A stretch of DNA of 64,000 bases from Octopus sinensis (taxonomy: Eukaryota): NCBI RefSeq assembly GCF_006345805.1, contig NC_043010.1, positions 31,930,001-31,994,000 on the forward strand. Reading direction: 5' to 3'. Position numbers and translations under genes: made by a program. Positions 39,693-52,950 of the stretch are shown piece after piece. How positions within the stretch are numbered: the first letter of the stretch is position 1; the number at the start of each line of letters is the position of its first letter. Below the pieces are notes generated by a model, which saw nothing but the letters and a program-made list of their open reading frames with translations, made no database searches and was not told the DNA's origin.

Positions 39693-40375
39693 TTAGGATT
39701 GTGATTTGTGTGGGATATAAATGATTGGCAGTTTTCTGTTTTTCTATGATAAATATATTTGCCTCATCTTTGTTTACTTGTTTGATGCTGAGGTTTATTG
39801 TGCTTGTATATGTTTGGGTATATGTTGTATTTTTTTTCATACTGCCCCATGAGACATGTTTTTAGATGTGTCTATAATTATTTTATTGAATGTATGGACT
39901 GCAGTGTCTCTGTTGATGATTGTTGAATTTTGAAAAACCTAGATTTTGTTTCCTGATGAACTTTGTTTTATTCTGTTTCTTTGAAGTGTGTAAAAATGAT
40001 TTTGCTTTCTTCACTGATGTGTGAGTGAGTTGAGAAGATAATTGGTAAGTGGTCTGAGACTTGGGGAGTTATTTGCCAAGTTGCTGTGATTGTTAGATAG
40101 AGGTGGAAAGCAAAATGTGATATCTAGGAAAGATTTGTTGTAGTTGGTTTGGTGGGTGAGATGTGTGTATGAATTTCTTAGTTTGGATGGTTTAGGATAT
40201 AAAGGGAATCTAGTTGTAATGATATTATGTTACCTTTCTTCTTATTTGTATCATTTAAAAAGCAACAGGTATTGAGGGCATTGAAATCTCTTCAATGACA
40301 GTGTTTGTTGTAGTTTCAAAATGCCACAGCTAGGGATACAGCTTGATGGGAAGAGGTACACATATATGTGTGTGA

Positions 40376-40425
<50 letters not shown>

Positions 40426-41654
40426 ACGTGCACATATATTATATTAATATTCTTTGTGTTGCTAGATTTTAATTTCAAAGCCTGCATTTGCAGCGTGATT
40501 TTTATTCCATATATTACAAATATCATTTGTGATACCTGTATACTGAATGTGTTTACTTATGTTATCAAGACTATCCCATTGTGAATGCTCAAAGTTTTAG
40601 GCATTTGACAGTTCTGTTCTGGTGGCAAAGAGAAGATGGAATGACGAAGATAAAAGAATGAGAGAAATAATCTTGCTTGAGTCTAGTATGTGTAGGCTTT
40701 TTGTTCTCTGATGTTTTGACACCTGGTTTTACTTCTCTCCTTTCCACCAAAGCATCAAGCAAAAGTAGTTTTATTTTCTTTTTCCATGTTAAACTGGATT
40801 GATACAGTGGATTTATGTGGCTGACAACAACTTCAATGTCAGCTTGATATTGTTATAGCATAAACATATCCAGAAATTTATACTGAGTTTTCTACTGTGA
40901 CTACTAAAACCTGTGATCCTTGGAGCAAATTTGTCTTTGTGCCATTCTTTTCAAATAACAATTAGCAAACATGTCTCACCCCCCCCCTACACTAACAAAC
41001 CGAGTATTCTTCTGAATGATTGGAATGTGATTGTGCTACCAGATCAGAGTTGACCTAGACTTAAACAACAGATCTGAGGCCTCTGTCTCATAGATTTAAC
41101 CATTTATCTCCATCTTTTAGTTAAGGCTTTATTGTGGAAGATTGATAGTTGCCCTTGCATGCAAACCTACTCTCTTTCAATATCAACTATACAACTTAGC
41201 ATTGGAATTGTTGTTGGTATTGTGACCAGAATACAAAGGACCAGAACAAATGCCACAAAGTATATTATCTGCTGCTTTAATAGTTCTGCCAATCCACTGC
41301 CCTGAATTAGTATCTTTTTAAAAATCAACCTTGAAAAGATGAAAAACTAAGTTGACCTTGGTGGTATTTATAACTAGAGACAGAGAGTTGAGATAAATAG
41401 TGAATGGCATTCTATCCAAAGGTTTAATGATTCTGCCAATTTGTCATCTTTCAATTAAATAACAACAACTAAATGCAGTCTTCATTACTATAGTTAAGGA
41501 AAAGAAAGACTTAATGCAAACATAGAAAGAGATGGTAATGCTACTGGGGTAGATAAGGTGTTGAATCCCCCATAACCTCACTAACAGTTTTATTCAATCC
41601 TTTCTTCCCAGAACATCTGTCCTTTAGTTTCCTCCTTGCACTTGTCTTTCATAC

Positions 41655-41839
41655 TGGCACCAATTAGGAACAGTCGAAGTAAAATGTCCAAAGTATAAAT
41701 CTGACCAGTCTTGAAGAGCCTGTGAAGGCCATGGGGAAAGCCTTTTCCTCTTGATGAAGATAATGATAATTTTAAAAATCTGCAAGCTTCTTTGTTGTAG
41801 CTTCCAGAGCCAAGTATTTTATAGAATCTGTCAAAAATT
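41655..41839 (-). CDS. Candidate internal exon (phase 2 to 1) inside a 118-codon ORF
   Basis: Acceptor cttaccttttatctttccaag, IFDRFYKILGSGSYNKEAC...DILLRLFLIGA, donor A|gtatga; phase-compatible with 29452-29587. No homology recognised. Confidence 0.3.
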
Positions 41840-42231
41840 CTTGGAAAGATAAAAGGTAAGATTGTTATGAAGAAGCTACAGCTGGGCAGTATCATCATAT
41901 TTCTATGATTAGGCAGGGTTAATGGCACTCTGTTGATGGGTAACATAGAATAAATAATACAATGGCAAACTGAGGATTCTTGTGAATGCTTCTGATAGAT
42001 AGTCCTACAAGATAAGGGTTGATCTTAGATTTAACAATGAAAACACACATTGATGTGATGTTGTAATTGTTAAAGCTGAAGACAAAAAAATAATATGAAG
42101 ATAGAGAAAAGGAATATTAATGGAAAAGATTAAGAGAAATGAATTGTACTGAAAATAAGAAACTGGAGATGTGATGTGAATTAACAACAACAACAACAAC
42201 AACAATAATGATAATGATGATGATGATGATG

Positions 42232-42283
<52 letters not shown>

Positions 42284-42525
42284 TGATGATGATGATGATG
42301 ATTCTAGCAATGATGATGCATCAGATCAGCTGTTACTTATCATATACTTTTACTTCTTCCCAATTTTCTCACTCCCTCTCTTCTCTTGCTCTCTGTATAC
42401 TTATGTGTATGTGCATCATGTATGCATATTTATATATACAATATATCTATCATAGTTTCTCTCTCCCACACTCACTCACTCAATCACTCACTCATTCACT
42501 CACAATCAATCAATCAATCATTCAA

Positions 42526-42560
<35 letters not shown>

Positions 42561-42951
42561 AGAAAGAAAGAAAGAAAGAAAACTGTCAGCAGACCTGAAA
42601 ATGAACAGTGGTAAATTATCAGGAAAATGACAGAAAATTTAGATAAATATTTGTATCTAATTGGAAGAAATGTCTGAAGGCAATCAGACCAACATTGAAT
42701 TGATTTGTGTAATGTCGTCCTCAATGATGTTTTTTTTGCTGTTGCTTGTTGTTGATGTTGATCATACATACCATTCTAGCATATATGTATTCATTATGTG
42801 TGTGTGTTTATATATTGATATATTTTTCTAAACTTCATAAGTTCAAATCTAAATGACAAATAAAGAAAAAATTAAAAGGTAAAAATAGATAAATGGATAC
42901 ATTGAAAGAAGGGCTGAGATTATATGTCAGTCTGTATGTGTGTATATATAT

Positions 42952-43329
42952 ATCAAAATAAGCAACAAGGATATCCAGGGTAGAGTAGTACAATTGTTTC
43001 ATGCTACTTCATTTTATTAAACCCTGTAAGTATTACATCAGTTTTAAAATGTCGAGCAATCTTCAGCTACATATAGAATTCTTCAATTAATCAAACAATG
43101 CACAATGATGAAATTAACCTCTCTGTCTATATATCTACTCTCTTTGCAATGTTGGCAAATGAAATAAGTATAAGAAAGTGCATTGTCCATTTAATTGAAA
43201 GATTCTATATGTGGCTGAAGATTGCTTGACATTTTAAAACTGATGTAATACTTACAGGGTTTAATAAAATGAAGTAGCATGAAACAATTGTACTACTCTA
43301 CCTTGGATATCCTTGTTGCTTATTTTGAT
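42952..43329. mobile_element. Foldback MITE with ~151-bp TIRs
   Basis: 42952-43103 is the reverse complement of 43178-43329 (few mismatches); 74-bp spacer. Confidence 0.85.
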
Positions 43330-43790
43330 TATAATCACCCCATTTGATTTATATGGATAATACCATACAAAATTCTGGTGCCTTTAACTTAAGTATCATA
43401 TTCATCTGAATCTAAATTTTGCTGAACTTATATATATATATCAATTATCCCACCTCATCATCAGCAGACAAGACAGGCAGGTACAAATCAAAAAGTAGAA
43501 CTTCTTTATGGTGTAGGTAATTTGCATAAATGAAAAGAAAATGAGCTAAGAGAAATAACTAAGAATAGCCAGTAACATGCATTTATAAAGCAGATAAAAA
43601 GAAGGGTATATTAAATAAAATACAAGATAAACTCTTGTATTATTGAAATTATTTCACTCCCAGAGAGAGTAGACCAAGTGCTTCATGGCATTTGGCATGC
43701 CAAGTTCAAATGAGTAGGAAAGATGATCTAAAGAATCAAAAATTCTCAAAAACTAACATGCCATTTAGGAAAAAAAATCAAATCACATTG

Positions 43791-43954
43791 AAGTGGCTGA
43801 GTGGTAAGTAGCTTGTTTATCAACCACATGGTTCCAGGTTCAGCCCCATTGTGTGGCACCTTGGGCAAGTGTCTTCTACTATAGCTTCGGGTCGACCAAA
43901 GCCTTGTGAGTGGGTTTGGTAGATGGAAACTGAAAGAAGCTCGTCGTATATATG

Positions 43955-44003
<49 letters not shown>

Positions 44004-44219
44004 ATGTGTATATGTTTATGTGTCTGTGTTTGTTCCCCCAACATCACTTGATAACCGATGCTGGTGTGTTTATGTCGCTGTAACTTAGTGGTTCGGCAGT
44101 AGAGACTGATAGAATAAGTACTAGGCTTACAAAGAATAAGTCCTGGGGTCGATTTGCTCAACTAAAGATGGTGCTCCAGCATGGCTGCAGTCAAATGACA
44201 GTAACAAGTAAAAGAGTAA
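43791..44219 (+). mobile_element. SINE family A, full length
   Basis: tggctgagtggtaag A box, ggttcagcccc B-box-like, central (TA/TG)n, gtaaaagagtaa tail. Confidence 0.9.
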
Positions 44220-44371
44220 TTGTCTGAAGACAAAAGGACAGCAAGTATTTCTACTTCAATAGGCATCATCAGTACAGCATTTGACTTATCTGCAGCAGAC
44301 AAATAAGCTTTAAAACACACACACATACATGCATGCATGCACACACACATGCATGCACACACTCATGCATG

Positions 44372-44434
<63 letters not shown>

Positions 44435-44444
44435 ACACAGAAAC

Positions 44445-44632
44445 AGAGAGTGCTGAAAAGTTCCTGGCTTTGGGTAAAAACAAGTAGGAGGACCAGTTAG
44501 TTATGATTTTATTGAACATATTCCCGTCCAGATACACACACTTATTGCAACAGTTCTTCAGTTTTTCTAAGCCCTGTAAAAGAACTTGGAAGGCTGGGCT
44601 TCCAACCAGAAGTTTTCAGCACCACTTGTCTA
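44445..44632 (+). mobile_element. Mariner-derived MITE
   Basis: gtgctgaaaagttcctggc ... ccagaagttttcagcacc TIRs; the inverted copy lies at 46502-46712. Confidence 0.8.
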
Positions 44633-44681
44633 TATAACTTCATAGATTCCTGAGTAGTTAGATAGATAAAAAAAACAATAC

Positions 44682-44759
44682 ACTGTACATTACAGTAGCA
44701 GATAGATTTTATATATATATACATATATATAAAATATATCTGCTACTGTAATGTACAGT
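44682..44759. repeat. Small hairpin, 23-bp perfect arms around an AT spacer
   Basis: actgtacattacagtagcagata / tatctgctactgtaatgtacagt. Confidence 0.9.
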
Positions 44760-45250
44760 ATATATACTATAGTATGTAATTATATATATATATATAATTA
44801 CAGATAACAAGTTGTGTGGATGTATTAAAGTTAATTAAAGTTGTTTATGGTTATTTTTGTGACTTCTGTATTCAAGTATTTAGTGTTTAATTTTAATGGG
44901 TTAAAGTGTGGAGTGTAGGTCATCTATTACTAAAAGAGTAAAATGGTAAAACAGAAGAAATTTTGAAGGAGAATAAGAAAGAGGGGTAAAAGAGAGTAAG
45001 ATGAAATTGTAATAGTATACATAAACAAGTGGAATATAAAAATACAGAAAATATAAGTGAATCAGAAAAGGACATTAAAGATACCAATATATATGTCTCC
45101 TGTTTCCGAAGAAGAGCTTTGCTTGAAACTTAATAAAACAACCACTCTTTTTTCCCTTCTCTGAGTGTCATATTAACAGTTTGCATGTACCACGTCCTCA
45201 TGTTGTTGTTTTTTCCTGTTGTCTTTTTTTTTCTCATTTTTTTAAAAATT

Positions 45251-45655
45251 AGGCATGGCTGTGTGGTAAGAAGCTTGCTTCCCAACCACATAGTTCTAGG
45301 TTCAGTTCCATTGCATAGCACCTTGGGCAAGATCTTCTACTACAGCTTCGGGCCAACCAAAGTCTTGTGAGTGGATTTGGTAGATGGAAACTGAAAGAAG
45401 CCTGTCGTATATATATATATATATGCGTGTGTGTGTATGTATGTTTGTATATGTATATATTTGTGTGTTTGGTCTGTATTTGTCCCTCCATTATCACTTA
45501 ACAACTGATCTTGGTGTGTTTACGTCCCTGTAACATAGCAGTTTGGCAAAAGAGACTGATAGAATAAGGCCAGGGGTCAATTTCTTTGACTAAAAGGCGG
45601 TACTTCAGCATGGCATCAGTCAAAATGACTGAAAGAAGTAGAAGAGTAAAGAGTA
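45251..45655 (+). mobile_element. SINE family A, full length
   Basis: Same architecture as 43791-44219. Confidence 0.9.
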
Positions 45656-45734
45656 TATATATATATATATAATATATATATATATCTTTATGTATATGTA
45701 TATGTGACATATATACATATATATGTATGACAGA

Positions 45735-46449
45735 AAAAGAGAAATGTGGGGCATAAGGGACATCAGATGTTTGGTCATGTGTTGCATATGAAGGAGGACA
45801 GTTGTGCAAAGAAGTACCAATCTCTAACTGTGGAGGGAACCTGCGGTAGAGGTAGACCCAGAAAGACATGGGATGAGGTTGTGAAGTGTGATCTTTGAAC
45901 ATTGGGCCTCACAGAGGCAATGGCTAGTGACCAAAACCTTTGGTGATATGCCATGCTTGAGAAGACCCATCAAGTCAAGTGAAATACTAATCATGGCTGA
46001 TGCTGGTATCACATAAATGGCACCTGTGCCAGTGACATGTAAAAAGCACCTTTCAAACATTAGGTCTTATGGAGATAATATGGCTGATGCCGGTGGCATG
46101 TAAAAAACACCTTTTGAGCATTGGACCTCATAAAGGCAGCGACAAATGATCAAGACCTTTGGCAATATGCTGTACTGGAGAAGGAGACCCATTGAGCCAA
46201 GTGAAATCATAGCTGTGACAGGTACTGGTGTCACACAACTTGCACCTGTGCTTGTGTCATGTAACTGGCACCCATTACACTCTTGGAGTGGTTGATGTTA
46301 GGAAGGGCATCCAGCTGTAGACACCATGTTAAATCAAACTGGAGTCTGGTGTAGCCCCCTCGGCTTGCAGCCCTGCTCAAACTGTCCAACCCATGCCAGC
46401 ATAGACAACAGACATTAAATGATGATGATGTTGATGATGATGATGATGT

Positions 46450-46498
<49 letters not shown>
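45735..46498 (+). mobile_element. RTE LINE 3-prime end: RT C-terminus, repeat-containing UTR, (GAT)n tail
   Basis: FGHVLHMKEDSCAKK..LTVEGTCGRGRPRKTWDEVVKCDL, followed by the tail shared with 23460-23635. Confidence 0.85.
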
Positions 46499-46501
46499 AT
46501 A

Positions 46502-46712
46502 TACAATGGGGTGCTGAAAAGTTCCTGGCTTTAAGGGTATCACAATAGTCCTGTTGGAAGCCCAACCTTCCCAGTTCTTTCACAGGGCTTAGAAAAACTG
46601 AAGGACCACTGCAATAAGTGTGTGAATCTGAGTGGGAAATATGTTAACTAAAATCATAATTAACTGTTCTTCCTGTATTTCTTTTACCCAAAGCCAGGAA
46701 CATTTCAACACC
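46502..46712 (-). mobile_element. Mariner-derived MITE (inverted relative to 44445)
   Basis: ggggtgctgaaaagttcctggc ... gccaggaacatttcaacaccc; internal sequence is the reverse complement of 44470-44600. Confidence 0.8.
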
Positions 46713-46861
46713 TACTCCCTCATGTGTTTGTGTGTGTGTTTGATTTTATGTTCAGTTATGATAAAAACAGTTTTGCATTAATCTGAATTTGTTATTCTTT
46801 AACTAGAATGATACTTCAGGTAATGATTCAGCTATGACAGCAAGGTCATTAGCTTAGAGAA

Positions 46862-47410
46862 GCTCTCAGGGGCAGCCTGTCATGAATTCCTCTGTTATTG
46901 CCTGGAGAACTATGATGAACAAGAGGGGGGGGCTGAGCATCAGACCTTGGTGAACCCCTACTTGTACCCTGAATTCTTTGCTGTATTCATTGTCCACCCA
47001 CACCTTACTGGTAGCGTCCCTGTACAAGGTTTGTACAGCTCTCACCAACCCCTCGTCTATCCCTAGTTTCTCCATTGACCACCAAGTCAACAAAAGCTAA
47101 GTACAGAGGTTTATCTTTGGCTAGGTATTTTTCCTGCATCAGTGGTGCTTCTACCTGGCACAAAGCCAAACTGCATCTCATCTAGACTAACTCTCTCACT
47201 GATTAGTTGGACTATGCCTCTCTCTGCAACTTTCATCACTTGATCCAACAATTTGATACCTCTGTAATTATTTCTATCTAACACATCACCTTTACCTTTG
47301 TATCACTTGACTATGGTGCTGCTACACCAGTCATTAGGTATGATTCCTTCATGAACCACCTGATTTACAATACAAGTGACTAGACCATAACCCACACTGC
47401 TACATATTTT
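46862..47410 (-). mobile_element. RTE LINE RT fragment
   Basis: WWSMEKLGIDEGLVRAVQTLY...VQVGVHQGLMLSPPLLFIIVLQAITEEFMTGCP. Confidence 0.8.
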
Positions 47411-48000
47411 AAGCATCTCAGTGATTATTTTTGATGGGCCGGGGAGGGGGGAGGGGCTTCCTTGACTTCATATATATATATATATAAAATATATACACAC
47501 ACACACATATATGTTATAAATTAGAACAAACTGTAAAAGGTTGTCATTATAGTATTTGGAGTTTCAAATGCCAGAGTGAAGAACTATGATACATTCTTGT
47601 CGGCTATTAATGGCAACAGATGCTACAAAAACCATTAAATACAAGGGAAGTAACTGTAATAGGTGGAAAAAGAAAAAAAGATAAAGATAAAAATATAAAA
47701 AACATATATAAAAATATGCACAACCATATTCTCACAATAAATAGACATAAACCTCCTGTGTTCACAATGTCTACATATGTAGATACTCACACAAACATGT
47801 ATACGTATATGCACACACACAAACATATGTATGTACGTACTCATACATACATATCCAAACACACACACACACTTGTCTATATGTACACAACCGCATCTTT
47901 ATATACACATAGGTGCTTACATGCATACATGTAACAATGCATATATGTTTAGACATTTATATGTATATGTGTGTGTGAATATATATATATATATATAGTA

Positions 48001-48200
48001 AATCCAAAAAATGAAGAAGAAACACAAATAAAACCACAACAACGCAAGGACGTTTAATGTTTCGAGCAATGCTCTTCTTCAAAAACAGAGGAACGTCCAA
48101 TAGAAAGTAAGACAGAGGAAGAAAATTGCCAACAATTCACATGTGGTTACATTTCGGAATGACTGAAAGGGTAAGGGTGAAGTTCTTTCTCAGATAGGAG
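48001..48200 (-). mobile_element. PLE terminal-repeat remnant with decayed hammerhead (48052-48086)
   Basis: GUUU-UUGAAGA-A-GAGC(AUU)GCUC-GAAA-C-AUU-AAAC; homologous to 39388-39600. Confidence 0.65.
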
Positions 48201-48688
48201 AGTGTAAGAGAAGGATGTATGTGTAGGTATGTGCGTGCTCACAAGACTGTGTATGCATATGTGTGTGTATGTGGTTTTGGCTGTTTATATGTGTATGTGT
48301 GAGTGGCCTGGTAGCTTTGTGTAGTTGTGTGTCTCTTCACATGTGCATAGAGGAATGGTCAGTAGAAAGGTGTTTGACTGGCAGTTTGAAGTATGTCTGT
48401 GCGTGTGTATGTATGTGTGTGTGTGTGTATTTATATGTTGTGCGCGTAGTATGTGGGGTTATGTGTATGGAGTATATGTGCGTTCCTCTGTGCATGTGTG
48501 CATGCGTGTGTGTGTGTGCATGTATGTGCATGTGTATATGCCCATGTATGTGTGTGCGTGTGTGTGTATGTGTGTATGCACGAGGTTGTGTATGTTAGGT
48601 ATGTGTGCATTCCTGTGCAGCATGTGTACACATGTATGTGTGCATGTGTATATATATATGTTTGTATATATATGTATGTGTGTGTGTT

Positions 48689-48764
<76 letters not shown>

Positions 48765-49070
48765 TCATATGTGTATGTGTGCATGGTGGGGAAAAATATG
48801 CTGAAGTAATACTGTTGATTGACGTGAATTTTGAAGAAAATAGAAAGTAAAAATATATTCAGATGAAAAGATTTCAGTGTGTTAATACACACACACACAC
48901 ACAAACACACACTCACACACACATACACACATAGTTATTGATGTATAATGTTTATCTGTATCTATAGTTATTTATTTATGCATAATGTATTTATATATCC
49001 ATCTATTTTTGTCTGTCTGTCTAACCTATTTATCCATTGATCTATATATGTATGTACACACACACATGTA

Positions 49071-49155
<85 letters not shown>

Positions 49156-49156
<1 letters not shown>

Positions 49157-49365
49157 GCTATCATCATCATCATCGTTTAACGTCTGTTTTCCGTGCTAGC
49201 ACGGGTTGGACAGTTCGACCAGGGTCTGGGAAGCCAGGAGGCTGCACCAGGCTCCAGTCTGATCTGGCAGTGTTTCTATAGCTGGATGCCCTTCCTAATG
49301 CCAACCATGTGAGTGTAGTGGGTGCTTTTTACGTGCTACCGGCACAGGTGCCAGGGGAGGCAGGT
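49156..49365 (-). mobile_element. RTE-type 3-prime tail
   Basis: catcatcgtttaacgtctgttttccgtgctagcacgggttgg..., the reverse complement of the 24480-24650 tail. Confidence 0.85.
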
Positions 49366-49479
49366 ACCTACCATCTGTCTCTCTGTCTATCGATCTCCTT
49401 GTCTGTGTGAATGTATGTATATAAATCACTTAATATATTTTGCTATGGACACAGATATAATAAAATCTTTAATAGACGT

Positions 49480-49898
49480 AGGCGTAGGAGTGGCTGTGTG
49501 GTAAGTAGCTTGCTAACCAACCACATGGTTCCGGGTTCAGTCCCACTGCGTGGTATCTTGGGCAAGTGTCTTCTGCTATAGCCCCAGGCCGACCAATGCC
49601 TTGTGAGTGGATTTGGTAGACAGAAACTGAAAGAAGCCTGTCGTATATATGTATATATATGTATATATGTGTATGTGTGTGTGTGTGTTTGTCCCCGTAG
49701 CATTGCTTGACAACCGATGCTGGTGTCTTTACGTCCCCGTTACTTAGCGGTTCGGCAAAAGAGTCCAATAGAATAAGTACTGGGCTTACAAAGAATAAGT
49801 CCCGGGGTCGATTTGCTCGACTAAAAAGGCGGTGCTCCAGCATGGCCGCAGTCAAATGACTGAAACAAGTAAAAGAGAAAAGAGAAAAGAGAAAGAGA
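49480..49898 (+). mobile_element. SINE family A, apparently the least decayed copy
   Basis: Head ggcgtaggagtggctgtgtggtaag...ggttcagtccc, CpGs retained, (AAAAGAG)n tail. Confidence 0.9.
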
Positions 49899-51016
49899 AT
49901 CTCATTTAAAATTAGCTATTGTTGTAAAATCTATTAAGCAGTGTAAAGGTATAAAGTGCTCTGATGTTAATATCAATACTTCTACATGTAATTATATGAA
50001 GCCTCAACAACAATCTCCTTATTGATAGTTGTTGGTCTGTGAGATTATGTAAAGTATTAGGGTGCAAAATGACAACAATCCAATATCAAAGATTTACTCT
50101 GGATTGATGGACAAAATATATTTATATGTGATTTTACTAGTGTAAGAATTCTTTAAATAGTCAGATAAAATGTTTTCTCTGTGTCTAAGTATATTTGGCT
50201 TTTAAAACAATGTAGCTCTGCACCTTTTAAGGTATACTTGCTTATCTTAGAATACATGTTCGTCCATGCAGGCATGGCTCCCAGCATGCCTGTGCATGGT
50301 GTACATTGTGCTTCAGTAAAGATTCTTCCTTATATTCAGAACTAATTGGATTTTGAATGGAAAAGGTGAATTATTAAATTCTTGCAGGTATTTCTTGAGA
50401 TTCTTGTGTTGTAATCTAATACTTTGCAATAATGAAATACATATAAGTACTATATTGAACAGTCCCATTGAAATGCATATTAAATGATTTTAAATGATAC
50501 TTTGACCGACTAATTTTATACCTGGGTTTGAAAAATTTTTACTATTTTCTATTTTCTCATATTTTCCGTAATCAACGGAACATTTTTAATTTCCTGATTT
50601 GACAAACTCTTACCCTTTATGCTATGAAACTCTCTGTTTTAGAATAGCTCTCTCCCTTGTAATTAATAAAATATTTTACTGAAACTTTTATGACATTTGT
50701 TTTACATCTATTGAAAAAAATTATTTTACATACTTTAAAATAAGTTCATCTGAAGAATTTGAAATATTCTAGGCAAGGTCTCACTTCTCTTTACCTATAA
50801 CTATATTTTTTAAGTAGTATATATTTGTCAACTCATGCACATATTTACCTATATACACCCATGTTAGCTTACGTATGTACCTGTGTATATGTTTGTGTAA
50901 TATACATTGTAGCATTTATTTTGATATATTTCTATCTTCTATTTTTAACATATTTTCTTTGCTTATTCAATGTTTTTTCACATGCACATGCATGCTCTCT
51001 CTCTCTCTCACCCCCC

Positions 51017-51094
<78 letters not shown>

Positions 51095-52348
51095 ATTCCT
51101 TTGATACTAACCTGCTTGAAACTGTTCTTCCTTTGATGATACAAATTTCCTGTTTTAAAGCAATGTAAAATAGTTTTCTAGCAGAATTTCATGTTAATTT
51201 GTATTTCAAAACACCAGACAAACGAAGTCAGAAAGGTGGGAATAAGAAGGTTCATGTCCATTTTAGATACATTTATATTTATTATATATATATTAGCATA
51301 CCTGTTTCATAAAAATGCCAAGAGTTTTATAAATGATAGAAAATGGCTCAAGACAATTGAAAAAACCATAGATAAATGTCACCAATAGAGCAAATATATG
51401 TACATACACAGAATAGAAGCACTTAATCAGATACAATTGTAACATCACAGTCACTCACTTCCATTCTGTTGCTTTAGTTTCCCCTCACCATCATGACCAA
51501 TGTCTAACACACTGCAATTTATCATATGTACAATATCTCTTTTATATATTCTATTTATGTACTTACACAACTTTGGCCCTCTATTACAATTTATTCTTCT
51601 CCTGTTCCTCCACTACAATTTGTCAACTTATTCAATCCTTGATATTTGTACAAATAATGATTGTACAAATTATCCAATAACATCTTTTCCTTTCCAAAGT
51701 TGTTGGCAAGCTTTATCCAATCATCATTACATATTTGCTACAATATTTTTTATGTCTGCTCTATTCACATGCTGCTTTTCCATGTAATGGTCTTGACCTG
51801 TTGTACTCTGTAATAGTCTTGACTTGTTCTACTCTGAGATAGTCTTAACCTGTTGTACTCTTGGCTCTGTCAATATGTTTCTGTATGCTCATCTTTGTCT
51901 ACTTCCAGGTCAACTCTGATGATCAGATCATATTCACTAATAGTCAATGACATTTCACCCATAACCATTATGTATTATATAAGACTACATTATTTAATAT
52001 ACCTTGTCCTTATTATAAGACAGTATTGTGTGATGTGAGAAAGATTTGGCTCTTATTTTTAGCAGATTAAGTGACCACATAGACGCTTCCTCAATTGTTT
52101 GTATGTCTGTAACTTCTTGTGATAAACCCCAACAGCTGTAGTGAAAGTGAATCCAGTTTCATTATAACAGCTTCCGTTTCTTTGTTCTTTCCATTGTTTG
52201 GAGTTAATGGAGACAACTCCACTGATGTTTGTCCTTGTTGTGACACAATGATGTAAGTCCATCTCTGTTTAAGTAACTACTGTTGGCAAATCCTGATATC
52301 TATGCAATATCTATGATATTTCAATATCTGTAATTATTCTAAATAGAT

Positions 52349-52424
52349 TTATAACTGCATCAACTTCTCTAGATTTATTGTTTCAGCAATGAAGTTGGCC
52401 CAGTCTTTCATTCCATCACCTCTA
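52349..52424 (-). CDS. Candidate terminal coding exon of an unidentified gene
   Basis: Acceptor cttctgtttttgtgaatttag, RGDGMKDWANFIAETINLEKLMQL*, followed by ~2.4 kb of mostly unique UTR-like sequence. Short ORF, no homology recognised. Confidence 0.25.
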
Positions 52425-52449
52425 CTAAATTCACAAAAACAGAAGATCA

Positions 52450-52950
52450 AGCCCATTATAACTATAGTCATCATAATTATCCCTTGTCATAATTACCATT
52501 GTCGTTATTATTGTCATCAATCATTTTCATCGTTATCATCAGCAGTTTTTATCATCATCACCATGGTTGTCGTCATCGTCATCAACATTGCTATCACTAT
52601 CACCATTACCATCACTATCATTATCAATATCATTATCAGCACCACTATCACCTTCCTTATCATAATATTCAACATAAAAACCACCACGACCACCATGAAC
52701 ACCACCACTACCACCACTACCACCACAACCACCACCACCACCACCACCACCACCACCACCACCGTCACCATCATCACCACCATCACCGCCACCACTGCCA
52801 ATATCACCACCACCTCCACCACCACCACCACCACCACTGCCACCATCAACTCCACTGCCGCTGCCGCCGCCACCGCCGCCGCCACCACCACCACCACCAC
52901 CACCACCTTCCTCCTCCTTATCATCATCATCATCATCATCATCATCAAAT
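52450..52950. repeat. (ATC)/(ACC)/(GCC) trinucleotide low-complexity tract
   Basis: Direct reading; produces spurious poly-H/T/I/G ORFs. Confidence 0.9.

Larger units (their letters stand above)
38440..40250 (-). mobile_element. APE-type LINE remnant (ORF1 region plus endonuclease start)
   Basis: QETWLHSN...QIPNLPSY endonuclease motif at ~38560-38650; interrupted by the (AT)n/PLE repeat at 39340-39700. Confidence 0.5.

Noticed and set aside
50262-50298. Short hairpin ccatgcaggcatg/catgcctgtgcatgg
   Set aside because: Only about 15 bp with bulges, built on ATGC-type low complexity; too weak to call a functional RNA.
41801-51388. Alternative plus-strand mini-exon chain (41801-41855, ~50340-50365, 51297-51388) with PH-like wording
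   Set aside because: The exons are very short and the product is too short for a PH domain; likely over-fitting.
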